Assembly: GCA_036513135.1 (NCBI GenBank)
Contig: DATBZP010000010.1
Span: 14,148 to 38,147 of the forward strand
Direction: 5' to 3'
Origin: Candidatus Dormiibacterota bacterium
GTDB taxonomy: Bacteria; Chloroflexota; Dormibacteria; Dormibacterales; Dormibacteraceae
Length of the DNA stretch: 24,000 nucleotides
Made by a program: the position numbers and the translations under genes. How positions within the stretch are numbered: position 1 is the stretch's first letter; each line of letters begins with the position of its first letter. The notes beneath the pieces are model-generated. The model was not told the DNA's origin. It was given only the letters and a program-made list of their open reading frames with translations, and ran no database searches. Shown in pieces: positions 1-7,049 of the stretch.

Positions 1-353
1 CAGTTGGTGTTGGTGGTGAAGCTGACCGCCGTGTTGAAGGCGAGGTCCGCGGGCACGGGACCGAAGCCCATCGGGTTAAACGGCAGCTTGTCCTGGAACC
101 TCAGCACCAGGTAAGTGAAGATCAGGCTCGCGATCGTGACCGCGAGCACCGAAACCCCGTATGCGATCCAGCTCTGCTCTTTTGTTTCGTCGACCCCCAT
201 CAGCCTGTACGCGCCGCGCTCGACAGGCCGCAGCACCGGGCTCAGGAAGACACGCTGGCCCTGGAAGACCTTGACCAGGTAAGGGGCGAGGAACCAGGCT
301 CCAACGGCCACAGCGAGGTAGGTGATGACGACGCCGATGATGTCGAGGACCAC
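1..353 (-). CDS. kdpA: Potassium-transporting ATPase subunit KdpA, N-terminal about 117 aa (gene continues past the left edge)
   Basis: I translated the minus strand from GTG at 353: VVLDIIGVVITYLAVAVGAWFLAPYLVKVFQGQRVFLSPVLRPVERGAYRLMGVDETKEQSWIAYGVSVLAVTIASLIFTYLVLRFQDKLPFNPMGFGPVPADLAFNTAVSFTTNTNW. The block LPxNP...DLAFNTAVSFxTNTNW is the conserved KdpA N-terminal signature. The ORF is absent from the supplied track because it is open at the window edge. It starts 3 nt after the kdpF stop. Confidence 0.85.
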   Translation of the reverse strand, partial: MVLDIIGVVITYLAVAVGAWFLAPYLVKVFQGQRVFLSPVLRPVERGAYRLMGVDETKEQSWIAYGVSVLAVTIASLIFTYLVLRFQDKLPFNPMGFGPVPADLAFNTAVSFTTNTN

Positions 354-356
354 GGG

Positions 357-440
357 CTAGAACCTCTCCGGATAGAGCAGCGCGACGAACAGGTAAGCCG
401 TCACGATCAGCGCCACGACGCCGGCAATGATGTATGGCAT
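357..440 (-). CDS. kdpF: K+-transporting ATPase subunit F (27-aa hydrophobic peptide)
   Basis: Minus-strand ORF read by hand: MPYIIAGVVALIVTAYLFVALLYPERF*. It is a single TM helix ending in the KdpF-typical YLxxALLxPExF tail and sits immediately upstream of kdpA. It is too short for the ORF track. Confidence 0.75.
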   Translation of the reverse strand: MPYIIAGVVALIVTAYLFVALLYPERF

Positions 441-529
441 CAGGGCAGCTCCTCGAGTCCGCGGATGTAGAGGAAGGCGAGCAGCGTCAGCAAGAGCGCC
501 AGCCCCACCATCCAGAAATCGAGCGGCAT
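440..529 (-). CDS. Second small hydrophobic peptide (29 aa), KdpF-like, translationally coupled to kdpF
   Basis: Minus-strand ORF read by hand: MPLDFWMVGLALLLTLLAFLYIRGLEELP*. It has one TM helix, and its TGA overlaps the kdpF ATG (TGATG at 438-442). Coding status is unproven. Confidence 0.4.
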   Translation of the reverse strand: MPLDFWMVGLALLLTLLAFLYIRGLEELP

Positions 530-536
530 AGGCCCG

Positions 537-571
537 AGCTTAGGCGGGCACGCGTCAATGGACCATCAACG
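537..571 (-). promoter_or_regulatory. Candidate kdp promoter: direct-repeat OmpR-family (KdpE-type) box plus a -10-like hexamer
   Basis: Minus strand reads cGTTGAtggtcCATTGAcg (553-571), which is a TTGA direct repeat with 11-bp periodicity. It is followed by TAAGCT (537-542, TANNNT type) lying 7 nt before the ATG at 529, which would give a leaderless or near-leaderless transcript. This is pattern-based only. Confidence 0.25.
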
Positions 572-609
572 AAAGTCCGCGAATCAGTGGGCCGTTCGGC
601 AGGCCTTCG

Positions 610-1305
610 CTAACGTTCGATCGGCGCCACGCCGAAGCGGTAGCCCCGCGTACCGGCCGTCACGATGACCTGGGGATTCTTGGGGTCGTCTTCGAGCTTC
701 GTGCGCAGCCGCTGCACAAACGTGCGCAGGTAGTTGCGTTCGTCACCATATGAGGGCCCCCAGACATCGCGCAACAGCGTGCGGTGGTCGATCACCTGGC
801 CGGGGTGGCGGGCGAGCGCGGCCAGCAGACCGTATTCGGTCGGCGACAGCCTCACCTCGGCCCCATCCCGCACCACGATGCGACCGGCGAGGTCGACCGT
901 CACGCTCCCGCTCTTGACGACGAGGTTCGGCCCGACCGCCGGCTGCGTCCGCCGCAACACGGCCCTGATCCTGGCCAGCAGCTCGTCGGCGCCGAATGGC
1001 TTCGCCAGGTAGTCGTCCGCGCCCATGTCCAGCGCACGCACTTTGTCCTGCTCGCCACCTCGCGCGCTGATCACGATCACGGATGGGAGCCTGCGGCCTT
1101 CGAGGCCTTGAAGGATCTCCCAACCGTCCACGAATGGAAGCCCGATATCGAGCAAGACCACGTCCCAGGCTCCGCCGGTCTGGAGCTCACGAACGCCGGC
1201 CGCGCCGTCGCCGGCGGTCCGGGCTTCATGGCCGTCGCGCTCGAGGATCGACCGGATCGAGTTGCGTAGCGCCGGGTCGTCCTCGATGATCAGGATCCGG
1301 CTCAC
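610..1305 (-). CDS. kdpE: OmpR-family response regulator KdpE
   Basis: 231 aa. The receiver domain has the DD...VVLLDIGLP...KP motifs. The winged-helix C-terminus (LSPTEYGLLAALARHPGQVIDHRTLLRDVWGP...NYLRTFVQRLRTKLEDDP...GYRF) closely matches the KdpE pattern. The GTG start overlaps the kinase stop (GTGA), and kdpFA lies downstream. Confidence 0.9.
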   Translation of the reverse strand: MSRILIIEDDPALRNSIRSILERDGHEARTAGDGAAGVRELQTGGAWDVVLLDIGLPFVDGWEILQGLEGRRLPSVIVISARGGEQDKVRALDMGADDYLAKPFGADELLARIRAVLRRTQPAVGPNLVVKSGSVTVDLAGRIVVRDGAEVRLSPTEYGLLAALARHPGQVIDHRTLLRDVWGPSYGDERNYLRTFVQRLRTKLEDDPKNPQVIVTAGTRGYRFGVAPIER

Positions 1306-2453
1306 GCGGCGGGGGCTTCGGGCAAGGTGAAGCGAAAGACGGCGCCCGGCTCGGTGCCATCCTCGACCGCCACGGTGCCGGCGTGGGCCTCCACCAAGCC
1401 CTTGACTATGGCCAGCCCCAGGCCGGTGCTCCCAGCCTTGCCGTCACTCTCACCGCGGAAAAAGCGATCGAAGATGCGCTCGCGCAGGCCATCGGAAACA
1501 CCCGGGCCGCGGTCGATGACGCGAATCGTGACGAGCCCGGGCGTCTCGCGCGAGGCGCGCACCACAAGTGGAGTCCCAGGAGGTGCGAAGCGGTCGGCGT
1601 TGGATAGGAGGTTGTCCAGGATCTGTCCCAGCCGGTCCCAATCGGCGAAGACCGCGGCGTGCGCGTCGTCTGCGTTCCAGTCGACCTCTCGGCCAGGCGA
1701 CGCTCGGTGCAGGCGGTCGGCGGCGGCGACGATCGCGTCGCCGACGTCGAGCGAGACCAAATCGAGCTCGAGAGCCCCACTTTCGATCACCGCCATGTCG
1801 AGCATGTCATCTACGAGCGCTTTGAGCCTCCGTCCTTCGGCTGCGATGGTCTGGAGAGTGCGTCGCGCCTCGGCCGGCGTCTCGGCGTTGCTGAGATCAG
1901 TGCTCTCGGTCAGGATGGTGCCCAGCGGCGTACGCAGCTCATGCGACACGTTCGCGAGCAGGTCGCGGCGGAGCCGATCCGCCTCCTGCAGGGCTTTGAT
2001 CTGCTGCTCGCTTCGGGCGAGCCGCAGCGCCGAGCTCGCCGCCTCGGCCTGCTCCTTGTTCAGCCGTATCAGCTCCGTGTTTGCCTCCTGCAGCTGGCGC
2101 GCAAGCGCTTCAGATTGAAGCAACGCCTGGCGACGTCGGGAGGCCAACAGCCCGACCACGCCGGCGACGGCGAGGAAAGCGAGCAGGTTGACGATGTCCT
2201 GCTCGTCCGCGATCGTGAAGGTGTACACGGGCTGGACGAAGAACCAGTCGACGCACATGAAGCTGATGGCCGCGCAGAGCAGAGCAGGCCACAGGCCGCG
2301 GATCACAGCAACGACCGCGACGAGACCCAGGTAGATGAAGACGAAGTCGCGCTGGGTTTGCTGGCTGAATCGAAACAGTACGGCGGTCACGATCAAAGGC
2401 CCGCCGATCGAGACGAGCCACGTCAACCAACGCTCCGCCGTGCGCGCCGACAT
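1302..2453 (-). CDS. kdpD: Short KdpD-like sensor histidine kinase (TM/DUF4118-type module + HisKA + HATPase_c; lacks the KdpD N-terminal and Usp domains)
   Basis: 383 aa. The N-terminal about 100 aa form 3-4 TM helices. A coiled linker follows, then the H-box SHELRTPL, then the N/G boxes (LLSNADRF...DRGPGV...GLGLAIV). An in-frame TAG lies 5 codons upstream of the ATG, so the gene is not a clipped annotation. It is coupled to kdpE. Confidence 0.85.
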   Translation of the reverse strand: MSARTAERWLTWLVSIGGPLIVTAVLFRFSQQTQRDFVFIYLGLVAVVAVIRGLWPALLCAAISFMCVDWFFVQPVYTFTIADEQDIVNLLAFLAVAGVVGLLASRRRQALLQSEALARQLQEANTELIRLNKEQAEAASSALRLARSEQQIKALQEADRLRRDLLANVSHELRTPLGTILTESTDLSNAETPAEARRTLQTIAAEGRRLKALVDDMLDMAVIESGALELDLVSLDVGDAIVAAADRLHRASPGREVDWNADDAHAAVFADWDRLGQILDNLLSNADRFAPPGTPLVVRASRETPGLVTIRVIDRGPGVSDGLRERIFDRFFRGESDGKAGSTGLGLAIVKGLVEAHAGTVAVEDGTEPGAVFRFTLPEAPAA

Positions 2454-2880
2454 TTCGAGCCGAGCCTAACGCGTGTGGCCAGGCGGCGCTTCAGCGACAT
2501 CTTCGTTGACTCGGCGTTGATGCCTCCGGAGCTACGTTCGAGTCGTGGTGGAAAGACCAGCGATTACGATCGTGGATGCGCGGGCGGGGAGCGACCGGGA
2601 ATCGGATAGCCGGTCTTCGAAGCGGTCTGATCCGCATCGGCGCCGCAATCTCCGCATAGCCATCCGGCAGCTGGAGCGAGCCGAGCTCTACCTTGTCGCC
2701 CTCTATTCGCTCGACCTTGCCGAAGAGGGCGTCGAGGGGGCGGTGGATGACGTGATCCGCGACTTGCGGGGATTACGCCAGCACCTGGTCCGAAACAAGC
2801 TCCAGGCATAGGGGCATAACCGTCTTAAACCTCTTTCCCGAAGCGGTCGTGTGGCTGACTGTTTCCTGGCCAGACTCGAG

Positions 2881-2933
2881 ATCGCCGATTTTGAACTCGA
2901 AAATTGGTCGGGGGCCCGGGATTGACACCCGGG
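2881..2933 (-). repeat. att-like copy A: degenerate tRNA-Pro T-arm/acceptor/CCA (2905-2933) plus about 24 nt of 3' flank
   Basis: Minus strand reads cccgggtgtcaatcccgggcccccgaccaattttcgagttcaaaatcggcgat. It aligns by eye with 19606-19657 at 45 of 53 positions, including a 21-nt perfect core (attggtcgggggcccgggatt on the plus strand). The two copies are in the same orientation. Confidence 0.6.
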
Positions 2934-3190
2934 CGGTCGACGGTGATGACGCGAACGCCAGCCTTCACGCTGGCCGGCTCATCCGGACAAAAGAGGCGCG
3001 AGTGCGGGGTGCCGTGGAAGAAGAAGATGGGCCTGCCATTAGGGTCGCCCCAGGCCGCATAGGCCGGCCGACGCCCGTCCGCAAGAGTGATCGTTGAATC
3101 CCGGAGCATGGACCGGGCGAACTCCGCGTCTTCGATCTCATCAGGACCCACCGGAACGCCTTTGCGGCTTCGGCCCGCCCGTAGAGACAC
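2925..3190 (-). pseudogene. alpha/beta-hydrolase N-terminal fragment (about 88 aa), truncated at the tRNA-like repeat
   Basis: ORF 2825..3190 reads ...ADGRRPAYAAWGDPNGRPIFFFHGTPHSRLFCPDEPASVKAGVRVITVDRPG, a typical abhydrolase N-terminus with the HG oxyanion motif. Homology stops at VDRPG, and the rest of the frame reads through repeat A. There is no GxSxG nucleophile elbow and no catalytic Asp/His. Confidence 0.6.
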
Positions 3191-3221
3191 TTGGAGAGGT
3201 GCACCTAACGGGTGATATGTC

Positions 3222-3833
3222 TCATTTCTCCTGCTCCCCTCCCGACCGGGCGAATCGCACTAGTGGATCCACGTCCCCGGCATCCGCTGCTTTAAGCGCA
3301 GCTAAATAGCTCTGCCGAGCCGCACCTTCTCCTCGCAGGTCGTGGCGGCCCCATGGAAACGGACGTCCTCCGAGATTCTCGGCCAGTCTGTCGGCGCAGA
3401 ACCGAGCATGCCTACCGTTACCGTTTACAAAAGGATGGATGTTGACGATCTGGTGATGGAACTCAACACATAGTTGATCGCGATCCTCGCCCACCAGCGA
3501 TGCACGAAGCGCGAAGTTCTCGCACACCTGCCGGACAAGCACAGGGATTTGGGCCCAGGGGCCGCCTATGTTCTTATTGGTGAGACGATAGACACCGGCC
3601 CATTTCCAGACCCCGCCGAACATCTCCTTGTGGATCCTTCTTAAGGTGCTATCTAACAGCAGATTGCTGCGCACCAGCCGGCTTCGCGTTGCCCATATGC
3701 GCGCTCGTAGGATGTTCTCTTCTTCGGCGCGATTCAGTGCTTCCTGGGTATTGACGCGCAGAAGAAGGCCTTTGGCTTCGTCGGGATCGATCGGGGTTTG
3801 GCCGACGGCCTGTGCGTCGTCTCTTGGCGTCAA
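3222..3833 (-). CDS. Fic/DOC-domain protein ('mobile mystery protein B' type), putative AMPylating toxin
   Basis: 203 aa with the Fic active-site motif HPFVNGNGRHAR (HxFxxGNGRxxR). The TTG start overlaps the stop of the upstream HTH gene (TTGA). The architecture matches the TIGRFAMs mobile mystery protein A/B pair as I remember it. Confidence 0.88.
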   Translation of the reverse strand: MTPRDDAQAVGQTPIDPDEAKGLLLRVNTQEALNRAEEENILRARIWATRSRLVRSNLLLDSTLRRIHKEMFGGVWKWAGVYRLTNKNIGGPWAQIPVLVRQVCENFALRASLVGEDRDQLCVEFHHQIVNIHPFVNGNGRHARFCADRLAENLGGRPFPWGRHDLRGEGAARQSYLAALKAADAGDVDPLVRFARSGGEQEK

Positions 3834-4312
3834 TCCCAGATCTGGCTCGACCCCTGCGCAATGAGTCTTTCGCGAAGCGCATCGACCTGAGCAGCGCGCG
3901 CGCTGTCGTCCGTGGACTGGCCCTCTAGCGCCATTCCCTGCGATACCTCGCCAACGATCCGGTGGGCTGCTCGATTGGCGTTGTGGTGAACGATCATGTC
4001 AAGGGAGGCTCTGGGAACGACTGCGTACACGAGCTCACAATCCATCCCATCCGCCATCTTTCGAAGGTTCTTGAGTGTGATCCGACCTTCAGACTCAGCC
4101 AGCTCCGCCTCACTGACAGTGGCTTGCGAAACGCCGATTCGCCGTCCAAGCTGCTTTGCCGTCATCCCAAGAGCCGTCCGGATCCCTTTCAACCATCCAC
4201 CGGTCGGGGGTTGTAGGTGCACCCGCAGGAGCTGATCTTGGCCAAGGGCGCGCTCGATCTCCTCACGCTGAATACGGCGTCGGAGACCGCTCAGGGTCTC
4301 ATTTGAACTCAT
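3830..4312 (-). CDS. XRE-type helix-turn-helix protein ('mobile mystery protein A' type), putative antitoxin/regulator of the Fic gene
   Basis: 160 aa. The HTH segment is GMTAKQLGRRIGVSQATVSEAELAESEGRITLKNLRKMADGMDCELVYAVVP. It lies immediately upstream of, and overlaps, the Fic gene. Confidence 0.85.
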   Translation of the reverse strand: MSSNETLSGLRRRIQREEIERALGQDQLLRVHLQPPTGGWLKGIRTALGMTAKQLGRRIGVSQATVSEAELAESEGRITLKNLRKMADGMDCELVYAVVPRASLDMIVHHNANRAAHRIVGEVSQGMALEGQSTDDSARAAQVDALRERLIAQGSSQIWD

Positions 4313-4314
4313 GC

Positions 4315-4363
4315 ATAGGTTATACCCTATTCGGCTAGGCTAAGTCAATAGGTTGTACCCTAT
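4315..4363. promoter_or_regulatory. Two copies of a 16-bp palindromic operator-like site abutting the HTH gene start
   Basis: ATAGGTTATACCCTAT (4315-4330) and ATAGGTTGTACCCTAT (4348-4363). Each has ATAGG/CCTAT inverted arms, and the centres are 33 bp apart. The first ends 2 nt from the ATG at 4312, and there is no Shine-Dalgarno sequence in between. Confidence 0.4.
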
Positions 4364-4530
4364 GCTCCAAGGCCAAGTCGATAGTCTATGAACGATGCGG
4401 CCATCAGAGGGGCATGAAGCGAAAGACGTGGGAAACGGACGTAACAAGCGCCCGTATTACTCCACGAACTACTAAATGGAAAGGCCGGGATTCAACTCGT
4501 CGGGTCCGGTGGCTTCCTGGCTCGCCTAGT

Positions 4531-6186
4531 TCATTGAATCGACATCGTCTCCATCGACAGGTACGTCCGTGCCGCCCAGGAGACCGAGTCCTGCGCGAAG
4601 TGGCGCTGCATTGCACGGTCCCGAATTGCATTGTCCAATGCGGCCATGATCATGGACTGGTCGAGCACCAGATAGCGGTGGCCGACCGACCCCGTCGCGG
4701 GATTGACGGCGTCGAAGAAACCGGCGGGCCCGTAGATGCCGGGGTAGAGCGTACGCAACGCCTGGATGTTGGCGTATGCCTGCTGCGGCGCGACATCTAG
4801 GGCGATGAACGACGCGTGGGGAGTTACCACGTCCTCCGTCGCGCAGCCATGGCACTGCGACAATCCCTCGTTCGGGTGGCTGGCGTCCGCCCCGAACCCG
4901 TAGTACGGGAACGTCAGGCCCTCGACCCCGAAGCCGCCATATCCGCCACTGTCATCGGCCGAGCTGGATGGCGACAGGCCCCAGACCGGGTAATGGAGCT
5001 GTTGGGTGGCGTACTTGATCTGAACTTGGGCGGTGCGCGCATCGGCAAGACCGAAGCTGTGCGGCCCCCACGTAGTCTCCGGGACGACCTCGTTTACCAT
5101 CAGTCCTTCGAACATCCCGCCGGCGTACGTCGGCACAAAGGTAAGACCGGAGCCGGTGTATACGTAATGCCCTTCCCAGACGTTGAACCGCTGGCCCGAC
5201 TGCGGATCGGCATAGGTCTTCCAGGAGCCGGATAGAGGCCATTGTCCCTGCCACGAGAAGTTGGGGTCAGAGCTCTGGCAGTCGGCGTACGGAGCCGCTG
5301 GTGGAAGTGTCCGCCAGCTTCGCCACCAGACGTTGCCCGGCATCTGGTGCAACCCCATGCCTATGTAGGCGGATATACGCGGATCGCTGTACAGAGCGCC
5401 GTTGTGGTAGTAACGCGTCCAGTTGTCACCCTGATAGGGGGGCAAGCCGACGTAGTACCCGCCGAACATCTGGCCGGTGGGCTGGTTGCCGGTAATTGCC
5501 GGGTTGGTATTGCAATGAGTCTCGGCTCGCGCATCGTAGAAAAGGCCGAAGTTCAACGGGGCCATCAGGCGGTCCACCACGCCCCTGAGCTCGGGTATGG
5601 CCTGCCGCACCACGATCAAACCCGAGGCGTACAAGCCGTTGTCGACATTGGAGATGAAGTAGCAGTTGTCGAATGCCGGCGTCGTCTCGGTGGTGCAGTC
5701 GATGCCGCCAGGGTTTTGGATGATGTGACCGGTCGTGGTGTCGTACCACTGGTAGAGGAACCCGTGATCTCTCTTCAGCTTGCGAACTTCGGTCAGGGTG
5801 GCCCCGATCTCCGAGCTCGCCTCCCGCTCGCTGATAAGGCCGAGGTCGTTGGCTGCGACCACTGCCCACAGATACACCCCGATGTTGGCGGCCGAGGTGT
5901 ATCTGCCATATGCGCTGGGTGCGGTGGAGCGACCGGCAAAGGTGAGGTTGTCAAGCGGCAGGTGGGTCTTGGGGTCGACATCCGTGCTGTAGAACTTCCA
6001 GGTGTCCTGTGCGATGCGCATCAGGTTCGCCAGCTGCCCATGAGTGAAGCCGCCGCTGGTGGAGCCGCCGGTGCCATCCGCGGCAGCCACGCCCTGAGCC
6101 GGCAACAGCATCAACGCGATGACGCACAAGACCACCAGCGGACAGCGCCGCGTCCCGATCCGCCGGAACAGTCCTTCTCTTCTCAT
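4531..6186 (-). CDS. Secreted glycoside-hydrolase-like protein ((alpha/alpha)6 'putative glucoamylase'/DUF3131-type, the fold family that includes beta-1,2-glucanases)
   Basis: 551 aa. The N-terminal signal peptide is MRREGLFRRIGTRRCPLVVLCVIALMLLPAQGVAAAD. Internal motifs (GFLYQWYDTTTG, NVDNGLYASGL, YGPAGFFDAVNPATG...YLVLDQSMIMAALDNA) are ones I associate with the DUF3131/glucoamylase-like families. It is the last gene of the sugar ABC operon. The family assignment comes from memory of motifs and was not searched. Confidence 0.55.
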   Translation of the reverse strand: MRREGLFRRIGTRRCPLVVLCVIALMLLPAQGVAAADGTGGSTSGGFTHGQLANLMRIAQDTWKFYSTDVDPKTHLPLDNLTFAGRSTAPSAYGRYTSAANIGVYLWAVVAANDLGLISEREASSEIGATLTEVRKLKRDHGFLYQWYDTTTGHIIQNPGGIDCTTETTPAFDNCYFISNVDNGLYASGLIVVRQAIPELRGVVDRLMAPLNFGLFYDARAETHCNTNPAITGNQPTGQMFGGYYVGLPPYQGDNWTRYYHNGALYSDPRISAYIGMGLHQMPGNVWWRSWRTLPPAAPYADCQSSDPNFSWQGQWPLSGSWKTYADPQSGQRFNVWEGHYVYTGSGLTFVPTYAGGMFEGLMVNEVVPETTWGPHSFGLADARTAQVQIKYATQQLHYPVWGLSPSSSADDSGGYGGFGVEGLTFPYYGFGADASHPNEGLSQCHGCATEDVVTPHASFIALDVAPQQAYANIQALRTLYPGIYGPAGFFDAVNPATGSVGHRYLVLDQSMIMAALDNAIRDRAMQRHFAQDSVSWAARTYLSMETMSIQ

Positions 6187-6211
6187 CTGTGGCAGCTCCT
6201 CCTGTGGGAAT

Positions 6212-7048
6212 TCAATCGCTCGGGGCCGTACCAGCCGTCGCGAACGGGGTGGCCACTGCGTCGAGCAGCTGCACGGTGTACTCGTGCTTTGGATGCTGCA
6301 GAACCTGTTTGGTCGGGCCCTGCTCGACCACCTTTCCTTTGTTGAGGACGAGGATCTCGTCGCTGATCACCCGCGCGCCGAGCAGGTCGTGGGTGATGTA
6401 GAGCAGGCTCAAGCCTCGTTTCGCGCGCAGGCTGGCCAGCAGCCGGAGCACGTCGGCCCGCAGGGACACGTCGAGCATCGAGACCGGCTCGTCGGCCACG
6501 ATCAGCTCCGGGTCACAAGCCAGCGCACGGGCGATGACGACGCGCTGCCTCTGGCCGCCCGAGAGCTGATGCGGCAACTTTCCCGCGAACTGGGCCGGCG
6601 GCGTCAGCCCCACCGTCTCGAGCAGCTCGTAGACCCGCTCCCTGGCTCGGGCAGGGGGCATGCGCAGGAAGTTCTGGCACGGACGCATGACCGTGTATTC
6701 GACGGTGTGCAGCGGGTTGAGCGCCGCATACGGATCCTGGAATACCATCTGCACCCGGCTGTGGTACTTGCGCAGCCCGCCGGCGTGCAGGCCTTCCACG
6801 GCGAGCTCGCCGAACCTGATCGATCCCGAGGTGGGCCGCTCCGAGCCCGTGATCATTTTGGCGATCGTGCTCTTGCCGCTTCCGCTCGCCCCGACCAGGC
6901 TGACGGCGGCGCCGGGCGCGATCGTGAACGACACGTCATCCACCGCGGTGAATTTCCCCCTGCCGCGTCCCCGTACGGTGTAGACCTTCGAAACGCCGCT
7001 GACGACGAGTGGCGCCACGGTAGTGGCCTGATCGGCTGCCGATCGCAC
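6212..7048 (-). CDS. ABC transporter ATP-binding protein (Opp/Dpp 'F'-type)
   Basis: 278 aa with Walker A GASGSGKST, signature LSGGQRQR and Walker B LIVADEP. It has a GTG start, and its start codon (7046-7048) is separated by a single nucleotide from the upstream ATPase stop codon (7050-7052). Confidence 0.9.
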   Translation of the reverse strand: MRSAADQATTVAPLVVSGVSKVYTVRGRGRGKFTAVDDVSFTIAPGAAVSLVGASGSGKSTIAKMITGSERPTSGSIRFGELAVEGLHAGGLRKYHSRVQMVFQDPYAALNPLHTVEYTVMRPCQNFLRMPPARARERVYELLETVGLTPPAQFAGKLPHQLSGGQRQRVVIARALACDPELIVADEPVSMLDVSLRADVLRLLASLRAKRGLSLLYITHDLLGARVISDEILVLNKGKVVEQGPTKQVLQHPKHEYTVQLLDAVATPFATAGTAPSD

Positions 7049-7049
7049 A

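Noticed and set aside
1659-2609. Long antisense or alternative-frame ORFs throughout the window (for example 1659..2609 +, 5242..6345 +, 6119..7102 +, 7251..8204 +, 8192..8998 +, 14796..15680 +, 15888..16814 +, 18775..19491 -)
   Set aside because: These are typical high-GC shadow ORFs. They are Arg/Pro/Gly/Ala-rich, carry no recognisable motifs, and each fully overlaps a gene with clear family signatures on the other strand or in another frame.
2454-2824. Possible small gene (2545..2811 +, 88 aa) or minus-strand frame (…VERIEGDKVELGSLQLPDGYAEI…) between the kinase gene and the hydrolase fragment
   Set aside because: Both strands show coding-like GC bias in the same codon register, so the bias cannot discriminate between them. 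Neither has a recognisable motif or a convincing RBS. The region may be a relic of a disrupted gene, so I left it uncalled.
4400-4530. Intrinsic terminator downstream of the sugar operon
   Set aside because: The candidate stem (GGAAGCC…GGCCTTTCC, followed by ATTTAG) is imperfect, with a long loop and only a weak T-tract. This is not convincing enough to annotate.
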